Positions 38,601-47,504 of a DNA stretch of 64,000 nt are shown piece after piece. A program made the translations under genes and the position numbers. This DNA comes from an uncultured Stakelama sp. (GTDB taxonomy: Bacteria; Pseudomonadota; Alphaproteobacteria; Sphingomonadales; Sphingomonadaceae), in contig CAYMUJ010000004.1 in assembly GCA_964393565.1 (NCBI GenBank), positions 2,188-66,187 of the forward strand, in the 5' to 3' direction. Within the stretch, counting starts at the first letter, position 1. The number at the start of each line of letters is the position of its first letter. The notes under the pieces were generated by a model. It saw only the letters and a list, made by a program, of their open reading frames with translations, made no database searches and was not told the origin of the DNA.

Positions 38601-40676
38601 ATTGGCGACGTCCAACTGCGCGTTGAAGATGTTGTTCTGGAGCCGACCAATCTGCGTCGTCACACTTTCCAGCGACGTCGCAAGTTGCGGACCGAAGCGA
38701 TCATTCAACTGCTGCGCGAACTTGAGCAGGGTATCCTGGTTCGCGAGAAGCTGGCCCGACTCCATCATCTTGTCGAGTTGGGCTGTGGAGACGCCGATTG
38801 CCTTGGCGAAGATGTTGAACGCACCAGGGAGGCGCTCACCCATCTGCTGACGCAGTTCCTGCGCGTTGACCTTGCCCTTCGAGATCATCTGAGTGAGGGC
38901 GAGGAATACGCCTGACGTATCGGCGACGCTGAGTTTGTTGACCCGCGCTGCCTCGGCGACGGCAAGGAAAATCTCCCGTGTCGCCTTGTTGCTGAAGTTC
39001 GCCTCGTTGGCAGCCACTGCGAACTTGCCATACTGATCGGCCAGCGTATCGAAGCTGATCCCGAGGCGATCAGCCTGGGTACGCAGGAAATCGAGTTCCT
39101 GCCCGACCTTGGACGTGTCCTGGTTGAACACCGCACCGAGCCGGTTCTGCACAGCTTCTAGGTTCTGATAGGCACCCAGTACGCCGCCGACCTGACCGAT
39201 CGCAGCCTGAAGACCGATATACCCCGCCGCGAGCGACAGCACTTCGCCTCGGATGCGCTGCAGCAGCGACATCGCCTTGCGAGATTCGCCATAGACGCCT
39301 TCGAGAGCACTACGGAAACCGTTGGCACCACTCGCCGCCGCGCGCATCCCGGCGCCTGCCGAGTTGGCTGCAGGAGCGATGTCGCGCTGCGAACTCGCCG
39401 CCTTTCTGGAGGCCTCTGCCAGCTTTACCGAAGACTCGGCAGCAGCAGTGCTGGACTGCGCGGCCTTGCGCGCCATCTGATCGAATTCGCGGTAGCTCGA
39501 GTTCGCGACACCTCGGATTTGGCCGAGCGCCGCACCTTGAGCGAGGTATTCCGTCTTGGCCTGCTTCGAGGCAGCCTGCGCGAGCAGGAAGGCACGCTGC
39601 TGATCCAGTGTCGGCTGCTCGGTCGCCTTGATGGCGGCAGCCAGCTTGTTCGCCTCCGCGACAGCGTCCTTCCAGGCAGTCTTCGCCTGCGCAACCGCTG
39701 CGACCTGCGCCTTGTAGGCTGCAACACTTCGATCAGGCGCCTGAGAAGAACTTACACCTGTCGCCCCACCGGCAATTACGCCAAGCGTCTTCTGCTTTTC
39801 CAACACCGAGTTGAGCTTCGCGATGTCGGCCGCAGCACGCTTCGAAGCCTCGGCAATGCTGTCCTGCGATACAGCGACACCGCCGAGAACTGCACTGGCG
39901 CGACCAGCGGCACTGCCGATTTCGGTCAGGCCGGTCTGTGCCTTAGCGAGGCCAGCGTTCTGCGCCTGCAGCTTGTCGGTCGCGCTCGCGATTGCGGATG
40001 TCAGCTTCCTTTCGTTGAGTGCTGACTCCGTGAGGTCGGATTTCAGCGACCGCAAACTCTTGGCGGCTTCATCCTGCGCGCGGCGCTGCGCATTGTAGTT
40101 GTCGACAGCGGACTGCTGCACCGTCCGCAGATTCTCCACGGCGGCGCGCTGCTCTGCCATTCTGCCCTGAAGCCCCTCGGCCGGCTTCTTGGCGTTTGCC
40201 ATTCGCTTTTCGAGACGCGCAAGGAGACCTTCCGCCGACCGAAGTTCGCGGTTCGCGAGGGTTTGGGCGTCACGTGCGGCCTTGGTCGCGGCGTTCTGCG
40301 CTTCGAGCGCCTTCACCTGCCGCTCGATCTCGGCCGTCAGCTTTCCGGTGCTTTGCTGAGCGGCTTGGAAATCCCGCTCGAGCGTCGCTAGGTCCGATGA
40401 AGTCTTGGTGACTTCGGCCTCAAGCCGCTGGACCGCCTGGGTTGCCTTGTCCAGTTGCGTCGCGATGGCGCCAAGGGCGCTGAGTCCCTTGGCCTCATTG
40501 TTGAGGTTCGACAGTTCCTGGCCGAGTTGGGCCATGACGTCGTCGGTCTTTGAGGCGCTCTTGCTGACCTTTTCTTGAATCTCGGTCAGCGCCTTGAGCG
40601 CCTCGGCGACGGAGTCGATCGCACGGCTGGCGTCGTTTCTGGCCTTGATGACTAGAGCTACGTCTTTCTCAGCCAT
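35610..40676 (-). CDS. Tape measure protein with lytic-transglycosylase-like domain
   Basis: 1688-aa Ala/Gln-rich; QMISKGKVNAQELRQQMGERLPGA; VEGG...ARGIGQMTEATW...YLAHFLG. Confidence 0.92.
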   Translation of the reverse strand: MAEKDVALVIKARNDASRAIDSVAEALKALTEIQEKVSKSASKTDDVMAQLGQELSNLNNEAKGLSALGAIATQLDKATQAVQRLEAEVTKTSSDLATLERDFQAAQQSTGKLTAEIERQVKALEAQNAATKAARDAQTLANRELRSAEGLLARLEKRMANAKKPAEGLQGRMAEQRAAVENLRTVQQSAVDNYNAQRRAQDEAAKSLRSLKSDLTESALNERKLTSAIASATDKLQAQNAGLAKAQTGLTEIGSAAGRASAVLGGVAVSQDSIAEASKRAAADIAKLNSVLEKQKTLGVIAGGATGVSSSQAPDRSVAAYKAQVAAVAQAKTAWKDAVAEANKLAAAIKATEQPTLDQQRAFLLAQAASKQAKTEYLAQGAALGQIRGVANSSYREFDQMARKAAQSSTAAAESSVKLAEASRKAASSQRDIAPAANSAGAGMRAAASGANGFRSALEGVYGESRKAMSLLQRIRGEVLSLAAGYIGLQAAIGQVGGVLGAYQNLEAVQNRLGAVFNQDTSKVGQELDFLRTQADRLGISFDTLADQYGKFAVAANEANFSNKATREIFLAVAEAARVNKLSVADTSGVFLALTQMISKGKVNAQELRQQMGERLPGAFNIFAKAIGVSTAQLDKMMESGQLLANQDTLLKFAQQLNDRFGPQLATSLESVTTQIGRLQNNIFNAQLDVANGGFIAGLNEGLKTLNEFFQSDDGKRFFDGIGAALGRFTVVLAQVPKYFDEILVGVQAFVAVKLGSVLTDLVSRFTAVAATAGKFSQELQFVGPRMQQMSLAQRTLGQGFAQTIGAIDRFRVALATSTSTTTLARAGVLGLNATLGVVRTTMIGVATVARGLWAAIGGLPGLVLTGVTFALGSWLTSIDTATSALDTHRAMLEKVKKGYDDAGGSADTWSKKVNGVTLAQASKNAEDVRKEFEKAFQNLQGVAQTLYASFAAFDGTPLAQMEQIKALQDFVEKARTGKITLAELSTALNDIALNAKNADIKQYALDMLDLINVAKDGKPNLLDLADATQKAEALVRVMAGTATEADEALLNMGDAAKTAGDGLDKGVFSIDAYNAALDKLKEKVPALAEAMKRLKDSAEIDSAGLQAFAEAIKSGDVAKIAEAMNLYAQARQAIQDVTDSKLYDSLPNQKNVVDRIIYVEGGQNGSGPSTSTARGIGQMTEATWLGLFNKVFPELSQLNDNQKLALRSQEEVGRKMVEALTKQNQLALVRAGLDANPANTYLAHFLGAGDAIKVLVANPEELVSNIVGPKSIAANPNVFTPGMTAADLVKWADTKMGGGSTIMAGGETKQEQFDQTIRQRIEGWQEEAAARSESNKQGEIAKALHQAEVEAAKAGTVLTKEQADAIRAATAARYDALHAGEEERKQRQEEQEAVQSLIGLDQQRKVALKELQDAMAEGDQGRVEELRQQIADLNAEITALLPKALALAQALGDEKGVASLKKITLNAKELNVELTNAKQINNMLADGLTNAFSTAAQGIGQAIVGAKSWGDALLGVRNAFLQFAADFLIQIGQMILKQMLLNMLSQAFGGMTGGIGGAIAGAVNALVKHDGGMVMAGAGMSRAVPAGLFANAVRYHSGGVAGLRPNEVPAILEVGERVRTKEQEAALQKDLRSGSSGSSSGSRAPSIRNIIAFDEKQLASAMANSAGEEVVLNFVKRNAQTIKRMLK

Positions 40677-40980
40677 TCCCGCCGATCCTCTTCACGACGT
40701 CCTTGAAATGCTTGGCACCTTCCTTCGACAGCAGGGCGGAGACGGCCAACTGGAGGAGCACCGCTTCGGTCACTGCGACTGAATTCACTCGCTCGACCAC
40801 CAGAAATGCCTCCTCCCAAACCCGACCAATCGGGTAGTGCCATGCAGAGGTGTGGCCGTGGTCCAGAAGTAGGCTGACCTGGCGGCGTAACCCCCACACC
40901 CAATCATTCAGGTCCGCAGGCCCGGAACGGCTTTCACCACCCCGGCGAATGCTCTGATGACCGTCTCCATCACTTTTCCC
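40669..40980 (-). CDS. Tail assembly chaperone -1 frameshift extension (gpGT-like)
   Basis: Slippery G GGA AAA at 40980-40974; -1 frame open into ...WVWGLRRQVSLLLDHG to the stop at 40669. Confidence 0.8.
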   Translation of the reverse strand, partial: GKSDGDGHQSIRRGGESRSGPADLNDWVWGLRRQVSLLLDHGHTSAWHYPIGRVWEEAFLVVERVNSVAVTEAVLLQLAVSALLSKEGAKHFKDVVKRIGGNG

Positions 40981-41357
40981 AAGCCGCCCTCCGTCTGGAA
41001 GGTGAGCCGCAGGATCTTCTCGACGGCATCCACCTGGACGTCGACAGGCAGGCGAAGGGCTGTGGCTATCTGCGGCTCGGCACCTGCGTCACGGATTTCG
41101 GCCAAAGCGATTGCGTGAGCCACGACGATCGGCGCCATCTGCACCAGATCGACAATGAACGGCAGACTCGCGTCAGGGTTGATGCCAGCACCATCTCCGC
41201 CAGCGGCATACTGGTTGAAGAGCCTGTTGAGGTCTTCCTTGTGCGAGGCAACGAGAACCGTGATGTCCGAGAGCGAGAGACCTCCGACTTGAAAGCTCCC
41301 GCCCTTGAACGTCACGGGCTCGGATGGAAACTGCAGGGTGATATCTTTGAGGGACAT
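40908..41357 (-). CDS. Tail assembly chaperone (gpG-like)
   Basis: Between tail tube and tape measure genes; contains the slippery site. Confidence 0.85.
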   Translation of the reverse strand: MSLKDITLQFPSEPVTFKGGSFQVGGLSLSDITVLVASHKEDLNRLFNQYAAGGDGAGINPDASLPFIVDLVQMAPIVVAHAIALAEIRDAGAEPQIATALRLPVDVQVDAVEKILRLTFQTEGGLGKVMETVIRAFAGVVKAVPGLRT

Positions 41358-41359
41358 GA

Positions 41360-42160
41360 TTACGAGGTCACCGGCCGACCGTCGACGTAGAGGGCTTCGT
41401 AGTTGGTGCGCTTCAGCACCTCGAGGCTGAACGGGATGGTCTGCCACTCCTCCGAGATGAGGCCGTAATCGCCATTCGGCGAGATCGACACCCACGGAAG
41501 CGTGTAGTCCTTGTTCGTCCCCTTCGGGTTGCGGCTGATGAACTTCAGGGCGCCGTCGATCGAGGCCGAACCGGAAATCACGCGCTTGCGGGTGCTGGCC
41601 GCGACCGTATAGGTGCAGGTCAGATCGTCGAGTTCACTGATCGCACCGCCGAGAATGCGCACCATGCCGAGTTCCGCGTCGATTTCGTAGTCGGTGCCAG
41701 CCGTGAGCACGGTAGAGCCCTTCTTCAACTGGAACAGAGTGCCGCTGGTGCCGGGGTAGATCAGCGCACGAGCGCCGCTCGGGTTGCTCTGACTGGCGCC
41801 AAGCTGATAGGCCGACCCGATGTGAACGTCGGGCAGAGCTTCATCCGTGATGGTCGTCTGCGCGACGGTGAGGGCCTGCGTCGAACCGAAGAAGAACAAC
41901 GCGATGTTGTCCGGAGACACATGGTCGGTGATCATCGAGCCGGTGCGGTTCACCTGCAGGTTAACCGAGTCGTCCTTTTCACGGACACCGGACGACGATG
42001 AGTAGTGATCGAGCTTCTCCGACTCGAAGGTCAGATTGAACTCGGTCACGTTGCCGAGCCAGACGTAGCCGTCTGGATTCTGAGTGCCCGACTTGAACTT
42101 GCCGAACCAGACTTCACCCTTTCCGAGGGTGTAGTCCTGCGTACCGCTTGCGAGAGTCAT
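41360..42160 (-). CDS. Major tail tube protein
   Basis: YTLGKGEVWF...LGNVTEF; AGGAG RBS; synteny. Confidence 0.85.
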   Translation of the reverse strand: MTLASGTQDYTLGKGEVWFGKFKSGTQNPDGYVWLGNVTEFNLTFESEKLDHYSSSSGVREKDDSVNLQVNRTGSMITDHVSPDNIALFFFGSTQALTVAQTTITDEALPDVHIGSAYQLGASQSNPSGARALIYPGTSGTLFQLKKGSTVLTAGTDYEIDAELGMVRILGGAISELDDLTCTYTVAASTRKRVISGSASIDGALKFISRNPKGTNKDYTLPWVSISPNGDYGLISEEWQTIPFSLEVLKRTNYEALYVDGRPVTS

Positions 42161-42204
42161 CCTAAACTCCTGATTGTGTTGTCACCAAAAGGTTGACTTT
42201 ACGT

Positions 42205-42735
42205 TTAGCTGAAAGGCGCGCTCATGTCCTCAGCTATTTTGAAGGTCACGAGCAGGTAGAAGCAGGCTCGTGCCGACACATCGTCAGCCGGCCTTACGAC
42301 TGGCGCGCCGATGTCCAATGCGGTGATCGCATTGTCGCGATCACCGAAACCTGCGCCTAGACCGAAGATGTCTGAAGTCCTGGTCCCGGTACGTATCTCT
42401 TTCTTGCTGTCGGCCAACGCCTTGATCACTTCGGCAGCAAGCACATAGGCCGGATCGGTGGGGTTAGCAGAGTCATCCTCGACCCAACCTTGGATCAGGA
42501 TCTCCCAATCTCCCGTGCGATCAGTGTTGTCGGCCTGGGTTCGGTTCTGGTCGATCGCGAACGGAGGCTCGAGCAGCGAGATCATCGGTAACGGATCGTC
42601 GTCGCTGAACCACGTGCGCCCGCGGAACACGGCGCTCGTCAGGTCGAAATGGTAGCCATGTGCGGGCGTAATGGCCTGCAGCTTCTCGGTAAGCTTCTGT
42701 AAAACCAGGAGTCGGAAGGGTACTGGCAGGGTCAT
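42205..42735 (-). CDS. Tail terminator-like protein
   Basis: ITPAHGY..DL...VFRGR, NPTDPAY; synteny. Confidence 0.75.
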   Translation of the reverse strand: MTLPVPFRLLVLQKLTEKLQAITPAHGYHFDLTSAVFRGRTWFSDDDPLPMISLLEPPFAIDQNRTQADNTDRTGDWEILIQGWVEDDSANPTDPAYVLAAEVIKALADSKKEIRTGTRTSDIFGLGAGFGDRDNAITALDIGAPVVRPADDVSARACFYLLVTFKIAEDMSAPFS

Positions 42736-42736
42736 C

Positions 42737-43348
42737 TCACAAGTCCATCAAACGGAAAAATTCGCGCTCAAGAAAGTTGGCGACCTCGGGCGATACGTCC
42801 TCAGCCACGCCGCCACCCTGGCGGTTGATGAAGGCCTGTTGAACGCTTGGGCCGTAAAGCAGCCAAAGCCCCTTTCCGATCTGCTTGGCACCTTCACGCG
42901 AGCCACGGGGTCGCTTTCCAGGTGGTAGTCGAATGGCAATGCCGAGGTTGGATTTGGTGTCCAGCGAGTTAGCGCCTGCGCGGAGGCGGATAAAGAAAGC
43001 TCGGGGGAGTCGCACTGCTGCGCCGGGGCTGACTGAGACGGTGATGCCGCCTTTGGACGAGTCGCTTCTGGCAAACCTGGCAAGCGAGGTCGGGCGACGG
43101 CGCCCGCTGATCCGCGCCTCAAGCCGCTCCGCCTTCGCGAACTGCGTTATCTTCAGCCGCCCCTCAGAACCGGTGACGTAACCAGCCGGGAAATTGATCT
43201 GCCGTCTGATCTGGCGACCGGCCTCGGCATATGCGCGCTTGGCAGCGGCGTTGACTGCAATGCTGGCGTTACGCGTGACGCGTTCGGGCAGATCGTCTAG
43301 TGCCGTCAGAGCCGACAGGCCTTCTATGACCACGGCATAGTTGTCCAT
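42737..43348 (-). CDS. Tail completion/neck protein (gpZ-like)
   Basis: RPTSLARF, LYGPSVQQ; synteny. Confidence 0.75.
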   Translation of the reverse strand: MDNYAVVIEGLSALTALDDLPERVTRNASIAVNAAAKRAYAEAGRQIRRQINFPAGYVTGSEGRLKITQFAKAERLEARISGRRRPTSLARFARSDSSKGGITVSVSPGAAVRLPRAFFIRLRAGANSLDTKSNLGIAIRLPPGKRPRGSREGAKQIGKGLWLLYGPSVQQAFINRQGGGVAEDVSPEVANFLEREFFRLMDL

Positions 43349-43737
43349 CAGCCTGCCTCTGGAACTGGCAGGCCCTGCATTTCTCGCTGCGAGAGGCGGA
43401 CCGCTACCGCTGCGACAGTAAAATCGTCTGGCGCGAGCGTGTTGTCGATCTTGTAGCCTTCGCCGGCCGCAACCGTGAGCAGAGCACCGCGTTTCAACTC
43501 GAGCCCCTTTTCGGCGAGTTCTTCGCGGTCGAAGATAATGGTGGGCTGCATGTCCTGCATCGTCGCGAGACCGGTCTGGCCTCCAGCGAACGCTTTCATC
43601 GGATCGAACTTCGTGTGCAGCCGGACGTGGATTTTCTCCGGAGTGGCTCCTGCGCTCTCGAAGAATAGGACCAGGACCCGCATGTGATCATGCAGGTCCC
43701 GGCGAGCTTTCCGTCCGAATTCTCGGAACGACGTCAT
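43348..43737 (-). CDS. Head-tail joining protein
   Basis: Synteny; TGATG coupling. Confidence 0.7.
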   Translation of the reverse strand: MTSFREFGRKARRDLHDHMRVLVLFFESAGATPEKIHVRLHTKFDPMKAFAGGQTGLATMQDMQPTIIFDREELAEKGLELKRGALLTVAAGEGYKIDNTLAPDDFTVAAVAVRLSQREMQGLPVPEAG

Positions 43738-44126
43738 CAGATGTCGTCGTCCGAATTTGCGGCCTTCTTGGAGGCCTTGGGCTTGGCGGAAGGGTCCTTG
43801 TCGGCGGTCTTGGACGGACTATCGTCCACAGGCGCGTCGTCGGCAGGCGGATCGATCGGCAGTTCCGGCTCGGCGTCAGAGTCGCTTCCGACCGGAACAA
43901 GCACCTGACCATTGGCCTTGGCGATTGCCGCCTGGTGGATGGCGATCTCGTCTTCGGTAGCGGGCCGGGCCGCGCCGAGCCGTTCCAACTGAGCAAGCTG
44001 GTCGGCGTTGGTTTCGAACACGCTCACCTTGTCCTTAGTCGAGGCATCCACAATGGTGATGGTGCCGCCTTCCGTCGCGGGCGGCAGATGGACGGTGTGC
44101 AGGGCATACGCGAAAATCTTGGCCAT
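43737..44126 (-). CDS. Hypothetical post-capsid protein (FI position), ends NSDDDI
   Basis: GGAGG RBS; directly after the capsid terminator. Confidence 0.7.
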   Translation of the reverse strand: MAKIFAYALHTVHLPPATEGGTITIVDASTKDKVSVFETNADQLAQLERLGAARPATEDEIAIHQAAIAKANGQVLVPVGSDSDAEPELPIDPPADDAPVDDSPSKTADKDPSAKPKASKKAANSDDDI

Positions 44127-44160
44127 GATCGGCCCTCCGGGTTGTTATTCAACAAAATGT

Positions 44161-44194
44161 TGACAATGCCGGCAGTGAACTGCCGGCATTGTCA
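44161..44194 (-). terminator. Terminator after the major capsid gene
   Basis: 15-bp stem TGACAATGCCGGCAG/CTGCCGGCATTGTCA followed by a U-rich run on the - strand. Confidence 0.85.
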
Positions 44195-44196
44195 GG

Positions 44197-45279
44197 TCAG
44201 GCAAGTACGCGAGCCTTGAAAGTGCGGTTCGGGTACAGCGGGATCGGCAGCGGCGCTGACTCGTGCATGATCATCACCTGTGCCGGATCGTCCGACGTCC
44301 ACATGGACGGGAAGATGTCGACATTGGAGAGACCTGCGGCGAGCGCTTTGGCGTTCATGATGGCGCCGTGGGCCTGAACGCCGGTGGCACCTGGTGCAAC
44401 CAGCAGGACGTCACGCGGATCGAACAGATCGATCATCGAGCCGTTGGAATTCTCGACCTGATCGCGATAGGTCCACACCTCGAGCGAGCTATCCAGCCGA
44501 CCGATATACTTCATCGGACGCTCGGTCCGCATGATGCCGAGATCGATCTGCACCGAGTCGTTGCCGCGGTAGTTGACGTCCAGGGCTGCCTTGATGCCCT
44601 TGTTCTTGCGGAACAGAGGCGCGACTGATGCACCGACGATGAGCTGCGCAGCAGAACCGCCGCCGCTCGCGAGGTACATCGTGTTCATCCAGGACTCGAG
44701 ATTGCCAAGGATGTCGGCATCGGGATCATCCCAATAGCCGCTGAGCAGCGTCACGGTATGACCGCTGGCACGACCGAAATCGAGAAGGACAGACGGGAAT
44801 GCGGCGCCGGAGTCACGCTCGTAGTCGATCTGAACCTTGGCGTCGATGAACGCCCGCGCAGCCATCCACGACTTGCGCATCATGATCGCACGACGGTGGA
44901 TTTCAGTGATCTCGACGACACGCCGATCGAAGCGCTCGGCAAGCGACGGACGCTGACCTGCGTTCCGGAAGACTTCGCTCGGCAGAACGTTGCGCGCGTC
45001 CTCCGGACGGACCACGTTCTTCGGCTTGATGTAGGGCGGAGTGATGTCGGAGATCGACTCACCCTTCCGGTAGTAGATCGGCTTACCCTGCTCGGTAGGC
45101 AGCACGAACGGCGCGAGGACACGGGAGGCGGTCGGCAACTGCGCGAACCGGATCTTCTCGTCGTCCGAATAATAGGACTCGGTGAAGTACGTGTCGAGGA
45201 AGTAAGACGGGATGGGGTCCAGGCGATCATCGCGCAGAAGCTGATAGAGTTCGCGGGATTCCCACAGTTCGATGGTCAT
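44197..45279 (-). CDS. Major capsid protein (lambda gpE family)
   Basis: LAPFVLP..QGK, PPYIKPK, ESAPLPIP; synteny. Confidence 0.92.
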   Translation of the reverse strand: MTIELWESRELYQLLRDDRLDPIPSYFLDTYFTESYYSDDEKIRFAQLPTASRVLAPFVLPTEQGKPIYYRKGESISDITPPYIKPKNVVRPEDARNVLPSEVFRNAGQRPSLAERFDRRVVEITEIHRRAIMMRKSWMAARAFIDAKVQIDYERDSGAAFPSVLLDFGRASGHTVTLLSGYWDDPDADILGNLESWMNTMYLASGGGSAAQLIVGASVAPLFRKNKGIKAALDVNYRGNDSVQIDLGIMRTERPMKYIGRLDSSLEVWTYRDQVENSNGSMIDLFDPRDVLLVAPGATGVQAHGAIMNAKALAAGLSNVDIFPSMWTSDDPAQVMIMHESAPLPIPLYPNRTFKARVLA

Positions 45280-45321
45280 TTTGGTGCCTTTTGTTCGAGG
45301 GCGACAGAGGCTCGCTGCCGA

Positions 45322-46140
45322 TTAGGGCAGCGAGACCGTTGCGGACTTGGGAGCCCGGAGGACGATATTGGTCGGGGTGGGGGCGCCGTGGAACGCCTTC
45401 ATCTTCTCGGCCAGGGTGTCATAGGACGCCGGCCAGTTGATGAGGTCGGGGTTGAAGCAGCCAGCGCGGTAGATCGGAGCGCCCTTCTTGGTTCCCGAAC
45501 CCGGCGTGACCACGGCGACGATCGTAAGGCCCACGGCGCGGATAGCGGCGCTATCCCGGCCTCCGGTCAGGGTGGAAGCCCCGAACGAGGTGTTGGTGCC
45601 AACCTCGGTGGTGGCAATGGCATTGCCAGCGACACCATTGACGTTCGACACGACACCAACGACGCCGGTAGCATCGGTGCGGGCCGTGACGTCAGGATGC
45701 GGGACAGTAGCGGAGCCGTACACAGTACCGGAACCAGCGCCGCCGTTGATTGCGGCCACCAGGTTTCCTGCAGTTTCCGCAGCAGTGGCGCCGATCTTCA
45801 CTTCGTTGGCCGTCGCACCGACCGTCGCCTTCAGCGTATAGGTAACGCTGCCGATGGTAATCGTGTCGTTCGCGGTGCCAACGCCCGAGAACGTCAACTG
45901 TCCGGAAGCCGGCAGGGCCGAGCCGACACCCGACGACGCGATGACGAGGTCACCGTTCGCGTCGAAGCCCACGGGGGTGCGGGCCGGGATGGTCTGGTTG
46001 TAGGCGAAAGTCAGATCCTCGGTGAGGATAGCCGGAGAGTCGCCGCTGACGAAGCCTTCGGCGGTGGGCAGGATCGTATCCGAACCCTGGACCGGGATGC
46101 CGTAGGTCGCGGACAGATCCGGAGGAGTGATGGTTGCCAT
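45322..46140 (-). CDS. Head decoration protein (gpD-like) with inserted domain
   Basis: IYRAGCFNPDLINWP C-terminus; between protease and capsid genes. Confidence 0.8.
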   Translation of the reverse strand: MATITPPDLSATYGIPVQGSDTILPTAEGFVSGDSPAILTEDLTFAYNQTIPARTPVGFDANGDLVIASSGVGSALPASGQLTFSGVGTANDTITIGSVTYTLKATVGATANEVKIGATAAETAGNLVAAINGGAGSGTVYGSATVPHPDVTARTDATGVVGVVSNVNGVAGNAIATTEVGTNTSFGASTLTGGRDSAAIRAVGLTIVAVVTPGSGTKKGAPIYRAGCFNPDLINWPASYDTLAEKMKAFHGAPTPTNIVLRAPKSATVSLP

Positions 46141-46181
46141 TTCAGGTCACTTTCAACATTTGGTTGATTATCTGTCCGCGC

Positions 46182-47504
46182 TTACGCGGCCTTCTTGGGT
46201 TCCTTGCCCATCGCGCGCAGCGCACGCTCGTGACGCGGAATCTCCTTCTCTTCGTCGGTGCTGGCCTGCTCGCCGAGTTCCGGATTGTCCTTCCGCATAG
46301 CGTTGGCAAAGTCGGCGGCAGCGCCATCCTTACCCTTGGCGCCAGTGGCGGCGGGCGGCGCGGCGGTCGCCTTCTCCTCGGGCAGGTCGGCGAGCATCTC
46401 CACGATGGTGTCGGCATCGAGAGCAGCGAACTTCTCGTTGGTCGCCATCTTGAGCGCCATGGTCGGCCGCTTCTTGCCCTCGTCGGAGTTGATGATCGCA
46501 TTGATGCGGGTGCGCTCAGCCTTGGCACCCTCGGTGCGACCGGCAGCCGTACCTTCTTCGCGGGCGCTCGCAGCGGCCTGTTCAGCCGCCTTCTTCTCTT
46601 CTTCAGTCATAGCCATTTCTTCGTCCTTGGTTTCGAGAGAAAGGTCAGCGGCAAAGGCCGCAACAGCGTCGTCCAGCGAGCCGATCTCATCGGCGAGGCC
46701 ATTCGACACGGCTTGCGAGGCAGTGTAGGTCAGCGCTTCGGTGGCTCTGACCACGTCGGCGTCCATGCCTCGGTTTCGTGCGACGGTTTGCACGAACACT
46801 TCACCAAGCTCGTCAATGCGAGCCTGAATACGGGCCTTCACGTCATCCGGCAGAGGCTCGTACGGGTTGCCGTCGACCTTGTGTTTGCCAAAATGGATGA
46901 AGGTGACTTTGATGCCGTTCTCCTCGAGCGACTTCGAATAGTCGACGTGAACGGTTACAACGCCGATCGACCCGACCCCGCCCGTACGCGAGACTACGAC
47001 CTTGTCCGCCACTGATGCGATCGAGTAGCCGGCCGAATAGGCGGACTCCATTGCGAAGGCGCGGATCGGTTTTTCTCCGCGGCGCGCGTACATCTTGTCG
47101 ACTAGGTCGAAGTTGCCGGCTACGGCGCCACCCGGAGTGTCGCAGATCAGCGCAATGCCTTTGACCTCGGCATCACCCATGCCACGCTCGAACGCGCGCC
47201 AAATATACTCGTAACCCGTCGCGTAGCTCAACAGTTGATAGGGGAAATCGTGCAGCAGCACACCCTTCACCGGGATCTGCAGCATTCCGTTCTTGACGAT
47301 GTACGGACGCAGCATTGAGCGCCAATCATCATCCGCGAACCAGAAGCCGTCGTCTGCTGCCATCTTCGGCTTGTCAGTCGCACTCTCCAGCCGGGCAGAA
47401 GTGAGCATGACCTGATAGAGGCAGGACTCGAAGCGAGCCTGACCGGTGGGGGCGATCAAAGCCTGGGTTTGATCGAAAGCGGCAAGAAACGGATTAGGCG
47501 GCAT
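46182..47504 (-). CDS. S49 prohead protease with C-terminal scaffold
   Basis: DTPGG, AYSAGYSIAS, GSIGV, KVDGNPYEPL. Confidence 0.92.
   Translation of the reverse strand: MPPNPFLAAFDQTQALIAPTGQARFESCLYQVMLTSARLESATDKPKMAADDGFWFADDDWRSMLRPYIVKNGMLQIPVKGVLLHDFPYQLLSYATGYEYIWRAFERGMGDAEVKGIALICDTPGGAVAGNFDLVDKMYARRGEKPIRAFAMESAYSAGYSIASVADKVVVSRTGGVGSIGVVTVHVDYSKSLEENGIKVTFIHFGKHKVDGNPYEPLPDDVKARIQARIDELGEVFVQTVARNRGMDADVVRATEALTYTASQAVSNGLADEIGSLDDAVAAFAADLSLETKDEEMAMTEEEKKAAEQAAASAREEGTAAGRTEGAKAERTRINAIINSDEGKKRPTMALKMATNEKFAALDADTIVEMLADLPEEKATAAPPAATGAKGKDGAAADFANAMRKDNPELGEQASTDEEKEIPRHERALRAMGKEPKKAA

Noticed and set aside
44758-46167. Long + strand ORFs opposite structural genes (also 36327..37574, 55495..56472, 58857..59789, 59991..60968)
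   Set aside because: Antisense shadows of high-GC coding genes with no motifs
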